In this document: piece by piece, positions 24,131 through 39,300 of the stretch | Layout of the letters: each line of letters starts with the position of its first letter | Position numbering within the stretch: the stretch's first letter is position 1 | NCBI GenBank assembly: GCA_964036045.1 | Contig: OZ038378.1 | Location: 16,616,001 to 16,680,000 of the forward strand | Source: Eutreptiella sp. 'Long Island Sound 2002' | Lineage: Eukaryota > Protista > Euglenida | DNA: 64,000 nucleotides | Direction: 5' to 3' | Made by a program: the position numbers and the translations under genes | The notes under the pieces: model-generated | Seen by the model: only the letters and a program-made list of their open reading frames with translations | The model's database searches: none | Told to the model about the DNA's origin: nothing

Positions 24131-27100
24131 GGGGCCTGTGAGAGAGCCCGAGGGGGGGAGGGGAGGGGAGGGGAGGGGTCAGGAGTCTGAATTTAAGATG
24201 GTGCATTGTTGTTTGAATTCTACGTAAAGATTGCTTGGCAGCTGAAATAATACCGCCGTGAACTTTGCAGGGTTGAGGAATCTTAGTCATAGTACCTGCA
24301 GTGCCAATGAGACAAGACATGGTGTTGACATGACGCTGTGTTCTCTGTAGGTGCGCAACTGATTCGATTGTCACTGCAGAGCCGAAAGGCGCCTATGGTA
24401 CCACTGACGAGGATTTTCTTGTGCTGACGTGTGCTTGTTCTCTGTGACCTGCACACCACACGTCTCCGTACCGGGGGGGGGGGGGGTTGCTCCACAACAT
24501 CCAATCATCATGTATCTGCTCCTCTTGTTAACCACCACACAGGGGCGAACCTCTGGGTGCTGGCGTGGGCATCCTAAACCCGCTTTTGTAGTGAAAAAAC
24601 GATGTCAACAATGGTTGAAGTGGCTTGCAACCCCAGAATACGTTGAAGAACCTCCCCTAACAGGCCCAACTCAACAACAAGAACAACAAAACAGGAAGAT
24701 GTAACGAAAGTAGTGAACGCGTAGCAACTTTTGGGGGGCTGTCTTGAGTAGTCTAGCCAAAGTTAGGGAGGGCGACGGATGGGTCCACACAAAGCAGCGC
24801 TTAGAACCTGCCCAGAGCCATCCTGCACAAGCCAAATTATCGAAAGGATGAAGATCAAGAAGGAAGTGGTGACATTCAAGAGCCCTAGCAGAGAGAGCGA
24901 AGTTAATGCTCAATAGAAAGATGTGCAAACGCAGTAACGCAGTCTGCTAGCTCTTGTTTTTGGTTGAGCTGTGGCAGTGTTTAAGCATACTCCTCATCCT
25001 AAAATTCTGCAATTCCTCGGCCCATTCTTGCCAAATGCCCAATCTCATTTGCATGATATGATGGAGAGGTCCACATTGGACCGCGTAACCGAGTGAATGG
25101 CTTGTGGCATGAGCGTGTTGTGCTTTGACCTTTGCCATGCATTGTGTCTCTTCCTAACTGTCCACGAAGGGTGGTTGGTTGTGGTCGTAATAACTTTTGT
25201 TGTGGCTGAGCACCTAAGGTTGTGCCTCTGACTTGTGGCTTAGCATTGGAAATGAAACTCTTGTGTGCCAGCCTGTTTGGTTGTTGCTGCTACCCGTGTT
25301 GCCAGTTTGCAAGGTTTCAAGGCACTGTTCCACGCTATGCACAAATATGCCTCTTGAAGCAAAAGCCCACTCTTGCAAAAAGAACACATAAGAACCGAAT
25401 TGGCTTAGTGTTGCTGGTGCCACAGCTATCCCAAAAAGCCACGCACCTTCGTTGGATGAGCATTGCTGAATTGTCATTGTTGTTGCCTGGGTTGGATCAC
25501 GACTGGAGGCAAGATGTCTTGCAGTGTGTTTCATTCAGTGTTGCAAGGAGTCTGTAACCGACAGTAAATTTCTGTAACTGACCTGAAAAAGAACCACCTT
25601 TACAATTGCTGTTTTTGCGAAGCCGGCCGAATTTCGGGCCATGGTACACTTCCACACCGGTACATGGCCACAGACTCTATCACAATGTCAGACAACCGGT
25701 TTGATGATTCTTCGGCCCTCAAAGAGTTTCTCCTATCAAGAGGGGTTGACGAACAGCATGCTGCACAAGCTGCAACTGCCCTTTTTGCAGCAGACTTCAA
25801 AACTAAGAACACCTTGTACAACATCACAGCTGCTGACCTCCGCCCACCTCTGTCTGTTCCACTCAGCAACGCAATTGTGAGCGCATGCCACCAGCAACAA
25901 GGTGCACAACCTTCCCCGTGGCCGGTAGTCGGGTGATGAGGTACTGTTTGTGAAGCAAACACCCACTGCAGGTGCGCACGCCACTTTGAGCTGCGCATGG
26001 ACACGTGGGCTTGGGTGTCCATATGGGGTGTACTGCACAAAACAGCAAGATGTCCTTGCTGTATTTGCAGGTGACAGTGTGTTGACCGAATTTTCGGCCA
26101 AGCCACAAAATTTGGACTTTTAATAGCCCATATTTTTAGCAAGGGCCACACTTCTGATTGCTTTGTAGAGATTTTATGCAGTTCTTTGTCCAACATCGCG
26201 TTGGAGAGGAACAATGGTCTCTGGCGACCGGGTGGTGGTCACTGTAAAGCACATCGGATCTGCCTGATCTTCTCGTGCCCGTAAAGTGGGTACAGTACGC
26301 AGCATCAACGTGAGTCAACCAGAGCGATCCGACTGCATGCTACATAGGCGCCTAAGAGCCGCACGTACACCCACATGCCTGCGCCGGCGCTGCAAGCGGC
26401 AGGCACTCATTAGGCCACGTTGATGCTCTGGCTACGACACATCCTGCCACATAGATACATGCAATGCCCTCTACATAACCCAAAAGACCGCAGAGGGGAG
26501 GGCGCGCTGACCCTTGGGAGTTGGCTGAGACCTCCAGGGCCTCACCTGCTCGGCTTGAGACCGAGGGCACGGGGGTTACGCACAAAATTGGGCGTCATGC
26601 TTTGAGTTCTGAAATCACAGCCTCGCTTGTGTATGACAAGTGTAACGACAGCAAAGACAGAAGACCAACCGTCCCTTGGTTTTGCGTTTCGGGTTGCTCC
26701 TTGAAAGCATGGCGGCATGGACCGCATGCAAAGCAACTGTTTGCTACTTCGGCAAGAGGTACTACCAGCGATGTAGCGTCATGGGGCCAACCAAGCACAC
26801 CCCATGGACCCAGCAAGATAGGTCAGAGCTCGAGCCAGCCCACCAGCCAGTCTCCTCACAGGCGCAACAAAGGTGCATCTTCCGGCAGTCTGAACACATG
26901 TATTCATTGCCAAGCACCCACGCAACCTACCGTGCCTGGCATGTTCTTTGTTGCCATGCCTTCTGCCTCCAAGGTTGCAACAAGTGTGCTTGCGTGTGGT
27001 TGTATGTTGAAGAATGTTCATATTTTTCGCTGTGACAGCATTTCATGTCACTTGACCAACAGTTCAATAGAGAATACCAGAGACACACTGCGCAAGCTGC

Positions 27101-30100
27101 AGTTGGGGTCATAGAGGTGGTGCCGAGTTGGGACCCCGTATGCCATCATAGATTCCAAGTTGGGACCCCCACGTAGCACCATCGATGGGCCAGTTGGGGC
27201 GCCCATGTGACAGACACCAAATGTGACAGCCCCCCCCCCCCCCCCTGGCACCGTTAGTGCCAACCCCCCACTCCTCACTGCTTTGGCACAAGTGCCCCCC
27301 CCTTCGGCTTTGTCGTGACCGCCCCTTGGTTTGCATCAGATTTGGAGCAAAGGAATGTTACCCTGAAGCAAGAGAAAGTTGCCGTGGAGCAAGAGAAAGA
27401 TGCCCTGAAGCAAGAGAAAGATGCCCTGAAGCAAGAGAAAGATGCCCTGAAGCAAGAGAACGATGCCCTGCAACATGCATTGACGGTACAACATGCATTG
27501 ACGGATGTACAAAGGAGGTTGCAAAGCAGTATGTACCTTGTAGCAAGGCTTCAGAAATTGGTCGCAAGCAACCGAGCCATGCGCTCCCACACCACGTCGC
27601 TTTTTTGTTACACCGTTTACGCCTTCATTCGACGTGTTACTGGTGGGTGTTGGTGTGTACAAGTGCCAAAATGGGACCTCCGGTTGGCACCACATATTGT
27701 CTTTTTGTCAAAATTCTGTTGCAAACGAGTGAAACCCCTGTTTGTGAATTTTTTTTTTGCAGGAAATGTTTTAACTTACTAGAGGGATATATCGTGAATG
27801 CCCCTGGATATATCCTGGATGCACCGAGCTGCATCTCCAATGTGCTGGGATATATCCGGTGCAATGTCCCCCAGGGGGGAGCGGGGATACCGTCACTTTC
27901 ATGACCGTTCCCCCCTCCATGGGGGTTTACTGTCCCAACAAAAGGAAGGTGCTTTCATGGGGCGGGGGGGGCGGGGTATAAATGAGTCAAGCATGATTCC
28001 TGCCTGAAACCAGAAAATGCACAATGTAGTAAAAAAACCAAAGAACCAAGACCCCACCCAAATGTAACGTAAGGCGTTGAGCAGCAGCAGGCATGATGTT
28101 CGTCTTTCGGGGTTGTGTTCATGGATCCTGCTTGACATGGTACCTCAAATTCCGCTGCTCGGTGACAAATGGTTTGTTTGTGGTAGCTGCTTCATGGCAG
28201 GAGATGGACAAGTGCAAGTTTGTCGGATGTGGTTGTTGCAGCTCTGCATTTGTGTTGAAATTTTCACCTACTTGCAACACCCCGTCGGCAACACAGTCGG
28301 CGTGATGGGTGCCACAAAGACGACACAGACATTCGCAACAAGAGGACACAATTCATGCTTTGAGTTCTGAAATCACAGCCTCGCTTGTGTATGACAAGTG
28401 TAACAGCAGCAAAGACGGAAGACCAACCGTCCCTTGGTTTTGCGTTTCGTGTTGCTCCTTGAAAGCATGGCGGCATGGACCGCATGCAAAGCAACTGTTT
28501 GCTACTTCGGCAAGAGGTACTACCAGCGATGTAGCGTCATGGGGCCAACCAAGCACACCCCATGGACCCAGCAAGATAGGTCAGAGCTCGAGCCAGCCCA
28601 CCAGCCAGTCTCCTCACAGGCGCAACAAAGGTGCATCTTCCGGCAGTCTGAACACATGTATTCATTGCCAAGCACCCACGCAACCTACCGTGCCTGGCAT
28701 GCTCTTTGTTGCCATGCCTTCTGCCTCCAAGGTTGCAACAAGTGTGCTTGCGTGTGGTTGTATGTTGAAGAATGTTCATATTTTTCGCTGTGACAGCATT
28801 TCATGTCACTTGACCAACAGTCCAATAGAGAATACCAGAGACACACTGCGCAAGCTGCAGTTGGGGTCATAGAGGTGGTGCCGAGTTAAGACCCCGTATG
28901 CCATCATAGATTCCAAGTTGGGACCCCCACGTAGCACCATCGATGGGCCAGTTGGGGCGCCCATGTGACAGACACCAAATGTGACACCCTCCCCTTTGGC
29001 ACCGTCAGTGCCAACCCCCCCCCCCCCCACCCCCCACTGCTTTGGCACAAGTCCCCCCCCCCCCCCCAGGGCGTTGCTTTAATTTTCAATCTGACCGGGG
29101 GCGGGGGGGGCTCCCCCCTGGACCCCCTCCCCCCCTCCCCTGCACCCCCTCCCCCCCTCCCCTGCACCCCCTCCCCTCCTCTCCCCTTCGCTCCAAATCA
29201 CCTAAAAATCAAGGTTCTGGGAATTTTTTTTTGCTTGTGCACGAAAAAACTCTCCTGCGCCTTCGGCGCACCATTACCAGCGTACTTTTGTCATTCCCCT
29301 TGTGTCCTTTGTCCCCTGTCCCACAGATATCATGTCACAAACGTCCATAAGTGCGTTCTTTGGCTCCCCGTTCCAACCGTGCCCCTGTGCAAAACGCGAC
29401 GACGTTATAATCGCGATCCTCTCTTTTCGTTTTCAAGATCGATGGACTGGGAAGAAAAGGCAAGAGGCATACAATGCTGCACAGAAAGCATGTGCCACAC
29501 TTTCTCTAAACAGTTCAATGGCAACTCTGTGCGAGTTTGTACGACAAGCAGCCATAATGGCGCAACAAGACTGCAAGGTGCGCTGCCTGCCTCATGAGAT
29601 CCTGCTCATGCAGCCTGTTCTGTGCGCACGCTGGGCAGCACAACTGCCACGAACACGCGCTCAGTTGCAACATGCGTATTTTTGGTCTTTCACAGCCCCA
29701 ACAAAAGATGTGTTGCATTACCTTTTCTTCCGACATTATGACAAAAGTATATGCTGACCGGGTCATTGTGATACAATTTTGCAATTCCTTGGGTGTTTGT
29801 TGCATTCCGACCGGGGGGGGGGGCTCCCCCCTGGACCCACTCCCCCCTCCCCCCCCCCCCCCCGCTCAAGCAACGCCCTGCCCCCCCCCCCCCCCCTCGG
29901 CTTTGTCATGACCGCCCCTTGGTTTGCATCAGATTTGGAGCAAATGAATGTTACCCTGAAGCAAGAGAAAGTTGCCGTGGAGCAAGAGAAAGTTGCCCTG
30001 AAGCAAGAGAAAGATGCCCTGAAGCAAGAGAAAGTTGCCGTGGAGCAAGAGAAAGTTGCCCTGAGGCAAGAGAAAGTTGCCGTGGAGCAAGAGAAAGTTG

Positions 30101-31222
30101 CCCTGAAGCAAGAGAATGATGCCCTGCAACATGCATTGACGGATGTACACAGGAGGTTGCAAAACAGTATGTACCTTGTAGCAAGGCTTCAGAAATTGGT
30201 CGCAAGCAACCGAGCCATGCACTCCCACACCACGTCGCTTTTTTGTTACACCGTTTACGCCTTCATTCGACGTGTTACTTGTGGGGTTGGTGTGTATCTG
30301 TTGTGCAAAGTTGCCAGGTATTCACTTTGGATGAGACAAGAAGATTGGGGAGGTTTCGGCTGCGCCCAGATTGCAGACTGGGCATTGAGGGTGGAAGCAA
30401 ACAATGAGCGTCCGTTTCGCTACATGGGACGGATCACCTGGTTGTGGAAGTGGCATGATTCTTAGGTGCTTCTTTGTAGAGGCTCATTGTAGATCCCGGG
30501 GGGGGGGGGGGGCGGCCGGGCCCGGTCCTTGTATGCGACACCCCCCAGCCCCCCCCCCCCCCCCGGTTTTGAAAGATAGTGGTGCCGGGTCGGCCACCAA
30601 CAAGTGTCCCTAGAGAAAACTGTCCGGCGCCAAAGGCGCCAATTTTTTTTTCATACTACGTGTTTACACTCAAAATACTCAAAATTTTGTAGAGAATTCA
30701 TATTTGCGTTAACACAACAAGAAAAAAAATTGACCTGAAGGAGGGCTACAGGAGGGCTGCAGCCCCTAACAGCAACCCTAACCCTAACCCTAGCCCTAAG
30801 CCTAATCAAGACTGAATATTGGGACCGAGCTGGTGGGGGAGGGAACATCGGCTATGACTGGTGAGGGACATCAAGAAGGATTCACACATTGATGGCTCTT
30901 GACAAAGTGAAATCAGCTTGCACGTGAACCCCATCACCACGAGGCCCACTTTCAAGGCTTTTTGGACTTCTGAGGGGCCAAAATGCCCCAAAATGGGCTC
31001 AAAATGGGCTCATTTCACCCGTTTGTGCACCCCAAATGGTCTAGGATGACATTTGGAAAAATGCGTTTTTGACCCATTTTTGACCCATTTTTGGTCCCAA
31101 AACAACCCATTTGCAAAGGATTTTGGGATTTTTGAAGGACCAAAATGGGCCACTACAAGCACATGGTCTAGGATCATTTTTCAGAAAAGTCATCTTTTTG
31201 CCCCTACTGGACCCTCTTGTCA

Positions 31223-33275
31223 GTTCCAAAACGCATCCTTGTTCACTGTCCTTGAAATGGACCTTGTTTCAAGTGTTCAGCCAGCATACACCCGCCCCTC
31301 AGAGGGCTGCAGGCACCCACAGTGTTAATTCTGCATTCCCAAACACACTGTCGAGGCTGCATATGCCTGCAGTAATTTAATGATGATTTGACAGGCTCCC
31401 AGCACGAAACCGTGCTTGGTGAAGCAAGGTTTCTAGTTTGGTTGCTTTTACGTTATTAGCTTTACTTTCCGAACGAATGTGTTCATTTTTGTACATGGCA
31501 GAACACACCCAGTGTGACACCGTGGTACGCCCAGACTCACCATGAGGGGGGTGCAGAACAACCCCCGGGGCTCTTCTGCACAGTATGCTGGCACCACCGG
31601 GGCTTGTGCCAGTTGGCATCCCAGACAGACATGATGCTGCTTGTTTTTGGAGTTGTGTTCTGTTTTTATGGCAATAGTCTCTTTCTTACAAATTGATTCA
31701 CTATTGGTGTTTCAGTGATTCCAATCACTGGATTTTGGCACAAACAACACAAGAACATGCAGAATGAGCTTTTTCGAAATGTAGAGTTTGCCACAAAAAC
31801 GTTGAAGAAAGAAGCAACCAGGGGCCCCAAATCAGCCGAGCAACCAAAGCCATGCACCCGATGGATCAAAGAACAGTGTGCAATCATCCACCACCATTCA
31901 CAGCTGCTGCTTTGAGCACACTGTCAATTTTTTTGGGAAATTCCACAAGCGTTAGCCAATTTTGCCGGTTCTGGGGTTTATTTTGCAGGTTTTCCCTAGT
32001 TCCGGCCTCTTCTGGTCCATCTCGGTTGCCAGGGTCTTCCTCAGGCCTGTTGTGCAAACAAGGGCCTTTGGTGATGGTATGTCAATTCTGTTGGTATCCG
32101 TGCTGCCACATCACGTCCCATACGGACAATGCGTCCCGCATTGCTTTCAGGCCACGGTGGGGCAGCAGAGCCTGGTCCTCGTATGCGCCCCCCCCCCCTG
32201 CGGGGTTTGAAAGATAGCGCTCCCGGCAGCGTGATGGGCAGGACCATAGAACATCTTACTTGGGCCGCAAAGGGGCCCGGGAAATTTGTTTGTTCTTCAA
32301 CGGTGTGGGCGTAGGACCAACAAGAATTTAAAGTTGTTCCCCCCCCGGTAGCCCCCTGACCCCCCCCTGCCCCGGAATTTTTTACAGATCGCTGGGGGTG
32401 GTCCGCAGCGAGACCGGTTCCACCCCCCCCCCCCCCCCGGTTCAGGCCTCCTGGCGGGCGTTCACGGACCCCCAATCCCCTTCTCCTTCTCTTGTCTCCA
32501 TCCCCCCCCTGCTCTGCCCTCCCCATTCGCGGCTTCTCTTCATTGCGCTCCTCCTCCCCCTTGTACCCAATGCCGCACATGGCGGATGCAGCCGACGGTG
32601 GGGGGGATGGGGTGGGCCGTTGCACATGGCCCTTCTCCTGCAGGACCTCGTGCGTGCAATTCAAGAGATGGAGCAAGAGATCGCACATCTGACGAGGCCC
32701 GAGGTGCGGACCACAGCTGCTGTTGTATTATCTGATGTCTGGGCTCAGGCCAAGGCCCGGGCCCAGGCACAGACACGGGGCCAGGCACATGCACATGCAC
32801 ATGCATTCGCACAGGCTAGACCTGCATGGGCACGGGCAAAGGCACGGTTGTAGGCACACGCACATATGCATTTGGGGCGCATACACGACTCACGGTCACG
32901 ATTCACGGTCACACGCGGGCACGGGCACAGGCAAGGGAATTGGTGGAAACGCATTGACATGACGATCAAGTAGTAGCAACACGTGATGCGACGGGATACA
33001 TGCATCTGCCATTGCCCATGTGCCAAATTGAAGCCCCAGTCATCTTAGGCCGACTTTTCTGCTACACTTTGTCTGCCTCGATTGTTCCAAGGCTGCAGAT
33101 TTGGGCATTGCCCTGTCCAGACAAAGCACAACAGTCGCCAATTGTTTAATGTGGCCGTTGGTTTATTGCCTGGGTGGGCGGGTGCTGGCCAGGCGACGAC
33201 AGTTGGGGGCTAACCGACTGCAGTCGATGTGCAATCGACGGTGGTTCCTGATTCATTAGCAGCGTTGTTGGTTGC

Positions 33276-33317
<42 letters not shown>

Positions 33318-36300
33318 CTGTGGCGTGGCAGAAGCCACATACGGGACACCCATTGTGCATTGTGTGCATGTAGGGGCTGCCCATGTTCAATGGATACACC
33401 AATCCATCCTGGCATGGCATTGACTGTTGCCGCTAGTGCGTCCACCCCCGCCGAGTGGGCTTGATACCCGTCAGTGGGTGTTCTTCTCTTACGGACCAAT
33501 GAGGGTCTCTCACAAGGCTATGAGGGTCCCTCAGTTGTCGCTGAGCGTCTTTGAGGGGGTCCCTCACAGGGCGTGGAGGGTCTCTCAGGGCCAAAATCCA
33601 CATACCAGGCGCGTCGCATACCCAGTACGCGTATGCCACGTGTGCTCCATGTGACGGCATTTGTGTCCTGCAACCCCTGCCCCCACCCCCAAAGCCGCAC
33701 CCTTCCCTCCTCCATGGAGCCAACAGCGTTGGTGCGGGCGTCGAACTATGGATTGCGTCTGAGTGGCCCCCGACGTGCGTATGTGCAGGTGCATGACCCG
33801 CTGGGCTGGTGTGGGTCTGAGGTCGTGTGACCACGTGGCCAACTTGGGCTCTCTGCACCAACTGCTGCTGCACCGCTACCCTCTCGCCACATTGTGCCCC
33901 TCTTTTTACTTCTTCAGGCCGACTGTTCCTCTCTTACCGCGCTTCATGGACGTTTGCATATGAATGCTGCGCATCCCGACACCGCTGCGGACCGCGGGCC
34001 CCTGGCAAAGTCTGGTGTGGGGCTGAGGATGCGTGCGGCGGTGGGTGGGCATACAAATCAACGGTGGTGAAGGATGACAGTGGATGCATGGGCACCCCGT
34101 AAAGTGGCATCCACTATGTAGGAGGAGGGGAGGTTCGTCGGTGGGCTGTTTCTTGGGTTTTGGTGGCTCAATTAAAGTGGCCACTTGTGATTTCCCCCAC
34201 CCCTCGGTAGTGCGTGCATGTGAGCCAAAAGAAGGCCATCGCAAGAATGTTGTGGAATTCCCTCGAAAGATGTGAGAGACCGGGGCCAATCCGGCTTAAA
34301 GTTTTTATGTACATATTTGTTGCACATGGACGTGGGCCCACCGAAACAGGCGCTGGCTTTCGCCACACACAATGTCATATCGCACAACTATCTGGGATGG
34401 GATAGGTTTCCCATTTGAGGCCTGCATGCACACATAGTAGCCCAAATATCCTCATGCTAATTCAAGACCACGGTGTATTGGCCTATGGAGCGTCAAGCAG
34501 ATATACCGCCGGCACACCCGAGGCATGATATCTGGTGTGTGGTCACAGTACGCTGCACGTGTCGATGCTTTTCTGAATCTTTGGCGATTAACACTCAGCA
34601 GTCGTGATGAAGTGAACAGGGTGCTTCACGGCATGGCTGGGAGCTCTTGTGTGCGTGGCTGAGGTCAGGGCTGTGGTGGTAATGTGCATTTTTGGCATTT
34701 GTCTGGTGCTGGACTTGTCATCGGGAAGGGCGACGTCAACTGCAACGTCCTGAGATACTTCTCTGCTTTCGCTTTTGGGCGGCCCAAAGCCAGTGCCGTG
34801 AGAGTCACATGCAAGTGTTCTCTGACTCATGCATTCATGCCTTTTCTGTGTGCGCGCCCAGAAGGGTCGTCGGGTTTTCAGCCGCCTGTGGCCCCGCATT
34901 GTCGAAGTACAGACCCAAAAGGGTCGTCCGGCGTGTCGCGCACCCACGGGCATTCACGACCCACAACAGCGACAAGTGTTCAGCAATTATCAACACATAT
35001 ACGAATCTGCAAAACGCTGTTGCGTCAGCGATGCCACTGAGTCATCCACGCCGCGTGTTCCGTGTCGTGTACGGAGGTGGTGGCAGTTGTAGAGCAGGGC
35101 TCTGCATTGCTCTTTCCTCACCCCCGCCGCCTCCCACTGCCCCACCAGCACACTCCACCCTACCGCAGATCCTACGGACCAGCGCCCCAAGACACGCACC
35201 CCGTCCACGGAGCCGCAGGTCCCGGGCACACCTGCCCGTCCCACGCGGCTGACCGGCGCACTGGACCCGGAGGCCTATCCCCTGCATCCGGGGATCACCG
35301 CGTCCCCTTCGCGACCCTCCGAGAGCCCGCAGTACCCCCTGCACGCCTGCACCGACGCCCTGTCCGCCCTGGCCCTGCCCTCGCCCTGGAGCTCCGGCAG
35401 CAGCCCCCAAGTGGACCCGCGCGGGCCCGCACAGGCCCAGGCCCCACCGCCGCCGCCCCCGACGTCTGCAGGGGCCCCTTCGGCGGTGGGGCACGCACAA
35501 GTGCTCAGGACGTACGCGCCCCGGGGAGCGGGGGAAGACCGGGTGCGTCGGCCTCTGTGCGTACGTTGCAGTGCACACCATCGCGGGGGGAGGGGGGGGC
35601 AGCACCGACCGTGCACCAACGAATGGGGGTGCCTGCAACGAGCGGAGGCCGCGGCGACGTTCTGTGTCTTTCCCCCCGGAGGAAAGTGTGTGTGGCGGGC
35701 GCGGGGACTGGGAGCACACGGGGCATGGCCCTGGACATTGGTGGTCCCAGGTACCCGCCCGCTGTTGTGGAACACCCGCTCACCCCCGGGGGCACAAAGG
35801 GCCCTTGTGCTGATTGTCGCCCGCAGGGCATTGCTTAGTGACAAACCAAAGAAAAAAATTGGTGTCCCTAAATTCGGCCCCCAATTTCGGGCCCCTCTTA
35901 TAAATCACCTCGAAGAGAGGTTGTTAGATCAAGCGCAGGCGCGGGCGTCATATACCCCCCTTTTTTGGGGTCATTCGCGTAGCATACCCCAAGGCATGAT
36001 ATTGGATGTCCAACCCCTTGTAAAATCATTATTTTGCCCAATAACAGCATCCCCCAATGGATTTTTTGATTTTGAGGCCTCTACCCCCTAAAACTGGATA
36101 TCACTTTTTTGAGGGGGGGGGTGGGGGGGGGGTTCAAAAGTTTTTGCTTAATAGTCTACAAGCAGTGGGGACGCAGAGTGCTCCAACACGGCCAGCGGTC
36201 CAGTGGTAACGCAGCCCACGTTAGATAACCTCCGACGTGAAGGTGCACGTTCGAACCCTGCCGTACCTACTTTTAGCGCGGCCGCCGGCGGCGGCGCCAA

Positions 36301-39300
36301 AGTGGGCAAACTGGGGTTCGAACCGACGCTCACACGGATGCCGCTCGGCCACTACGTAAGGCTTCCCTGCTGCTTGGGGATCTGCCACTGACAAAAAACC
36401 CAAACTGTGTGTATCTGTCTGACTGCCTGCTTGCTGGCTCAGGGACTGATTGGCTGACTGTCAACCTCTCTTCGAGGTGCACTGCCGAAGGCAATAGAAT
36501 TTCATTTTGTTCCTCAGGAAAGTTTTTCTGATGTGGGTCGGTCGACTGGGGATCGGTCAGGCCCCCAAATGCCCCCCCCCCCCCCCCCCCATTCGGGTTC
36601 GTCTGCAATGGCCTCCTTGCCTCCCCCCCCCCCCTCCCCGGGAACTGTCAGCGGAAGCTTGCCCTGCCTGGCAGTGCCCTGTCGCCTGAGAGATGGCACG
36701 TCAGCCTCAGGGGCTCCTCAGCGGAAGGGGTGTGCAAACGCAAGCACCGCCGTGATGGCCCAAGGCGTGTCCGTGCAGCGCTCCGACGATGCCTCCGCAC
36801 TTCTCACGCCAGTCGGCATTACTCCGGCGGCGAGAAGTGTCGTTGCACCGGCCACCCGGCGGTCTCTCGGCACTCCGCCAGTCTGGTCCCCCGCTCGCGG
36901 CCAGTCAGACTGCCCTGCCGGCGCCCCGTCACTCCATACGTCAGTCGACACTCCGGCGGTCAGGAGCGTTGCCCGTCGGGCCGGTATGTCAGTCGGCACT
37001 CCGGCGATACGGTCCTCCCTCACCGCCTGCCACGTGCGTCTGCATGTGTGCACATCCCACTGACCCCTCAGGCCTCATGACCACTGGAGGAGTGGCCCAC
37101 AACAGAGAGACCCGTCTGTGTCGCCTCGCCCTGTCTCAGCGCTGCTGTCGTGAGGCAGGCCGGCTGGCCCATGCATCAGCACGAACGTCCCGCGCAGGAA
37201 GGCCTGTACCCCGGGCGGAAATCCCGACGGGGCGCCGGTTGAGCCGGGTGCGCCCACCTCCCCAAGAGAGGCGAATCCGGTGGTCCATAAGACCTGATCA
37301 GGCAGGGAGGAGTGGCCCAAGGCCCAAAGCCCTCTCCCCAGGAATGGGTCGATAAGGTAAGCCGTGGTCAAGGGTTTCCTGGGGAGGTCCCCACGACACT
37401 GTGTTGGGAACAATAAGAGGCCTGAGTCAATGTGTCGAAGGGTTTGCGATCGTTGCCGAGTCAGAGCCGAGTCCTGCAGCCCTGGCCCTCATCCCACACC
37501 GTCGCCATGTGCAGCAGAGCGACGCAAGACCCGGATAGGGGACAGCCGCCGTTCCGACTGGACACTTCCCCCTCTTCCCCCTGCAGAGCCCCAACCAACC
37601 GCCTCAGCCCCGACACCCACTGCGACCCCCTCGGCCTGCGGTTGTGCTCCGATTATGTGTTTTTGAAATGCTCAGAACGATTGGAGAATACGATTTTTTT
37701 GCCCCCTTCCCCGACCCAAACCCACAAAACCTCATCCTTGGGACGATGGTCCGAGGCCCCGGCAGGTGCCTGCAGAGCGGAAAGTCCACACGCTCCGTTG
37801 TGGAAGACTTCCACGAGATGAATCAATCGCATCAAATCGCATGTTTGCCCGGCAATTTCCTTCTTCGCCCGTTGTGGTTCGGCCCTTGCCCCCTCCAGTA
37901 CACCCTTGGAGCCGCTGTCGCCTCCCCCCAACAGTTTGCATCGGCACCTCGATGTGGATTGGTCGAATCTGAGCCGTGGCTGGAACGCATACGAAGTCAG
38001 TCATCTGCAACCTTGAGCAGACTGCACAGCTTAGGGCGTGCCTGCCTTGCACGCGGGCAACAGGCATTGTGAAAACTCGGGCAAAGCAGAGGATTCCTGG
38101 GCCCCAAAGGGCGCATTCTTGCTTCAAATTCGCGAATCTGAGGTGCACAAATCACATCGCCAGACCGTTCCCCCACCCCTGACACTGAGGATTACACCCG
38201 CCATCGCCTGCGCACAGGGCGCGCGCAGGGCAGGCACATCGCCCAAGGCCAAGGGCGTGTTGAGGGTTCAAACCCAGTGCCCCCCTCGACCCCAGCACTG
38301 CTTTGCACGGCCAATCTTGTCGTTTCAGTCCTCGCAGCAGCAGCCCAGTGACCTCCGGTCGCACGACCCTGCGGTTAATGCGGCGGTGCAACACGGTTCC
38401 CCCAACTCCAGCGTCAACAAGTCCTTCTCCTCCAGCCAACGCCCTTACGCCAGCAGCACCAGCCACTTCCCCAGCGCGGACCACAGCCCGAACCGCAGTC
38501 TTATGCCCAGCGACGTCCCAAGCCCCACCCCTTACCCCGTGCCTGACCTCCCACATGGCTCCGGCGGCCAGCCCTCCACTGCATTCACGGACCTCTCGAC
38601 GCTTGCCTTCGCCCCGTACCGTCCCTACGCCGCCTCACATCCGCCCCCGCCGCCCCCGGGGCATTCCCAGCCCCACACCCCCGGCCCCCCCTGCCACAGT
38701 GCCCCAGGTCATCCCCCCTCAAGCCCCTCGGCCCAGCACCTGGGCCCCTCCGCCACTGTCCCAGCCCTCGACCGCGTGACCCTCGGCACGTGGGCCTCGC
38801 CCACGATGCGGCAGCCGTCCCCAAAGCCCCACGGCCCGGCCGCGTCGCAGCCCGCGCCTCTGCCCGCCCTCCCGGCGCAGCCCGGCCGCGCCAGTCCCCC
38901 GCGGGAGCCCCGGGCCCCGCATGACGCACTGCAGCGCGTCGCGGGGCATGGGCCACGGTCCGAGCACCTGCCCAGGCCACAGGTCAACGTGCTACCGGAG
39001 GCAGGCGTCGGTTACCCGCCCAGCGCACGGGACACAACAGGCATGTCCCTCTGCCCCAGCGCGGCGCCTACAAAGCGCATCCAGTGCCCTCCGAGGGGTT
39101 GACAGGGCCCGCCAATACGGAAGTGGGTTGGGGGTTACAAAGGCGGTTGGTGATGGCTGCAACAGCGGGCGCTGATGGCTACAAAGTGGCCCAGGGAGGT
39201 ACTCATTGGATGCGTTGGATTTCAGCATTGTTTTCTCTACCCAGCGAAGCACGTGACGGAGACATGTGACATTGTGTTGTGGACATCCACAGAAGTGCCA

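Larger units (their letters stand above)
11065..30767. repeat. ~20 kb tandem segmental duplication, copy 2
   Basis: Starts at GTTCCAAAACGCATCC (~11065), which recurs at ~31223. ORF offsets are 20158/20157/20145/20144, with only scattered SNPs and small indels. Confidence 0.97.

Noticed and set aside
23256-24374. 372-aa minus-strand ORF (copy at 43400-44518)
   Set aside because: It is antisense to the decayed transposase, has His/Pro/Thr/Gln-rich composition typical of the reverse of TG-rich DNA, and has no motifs.
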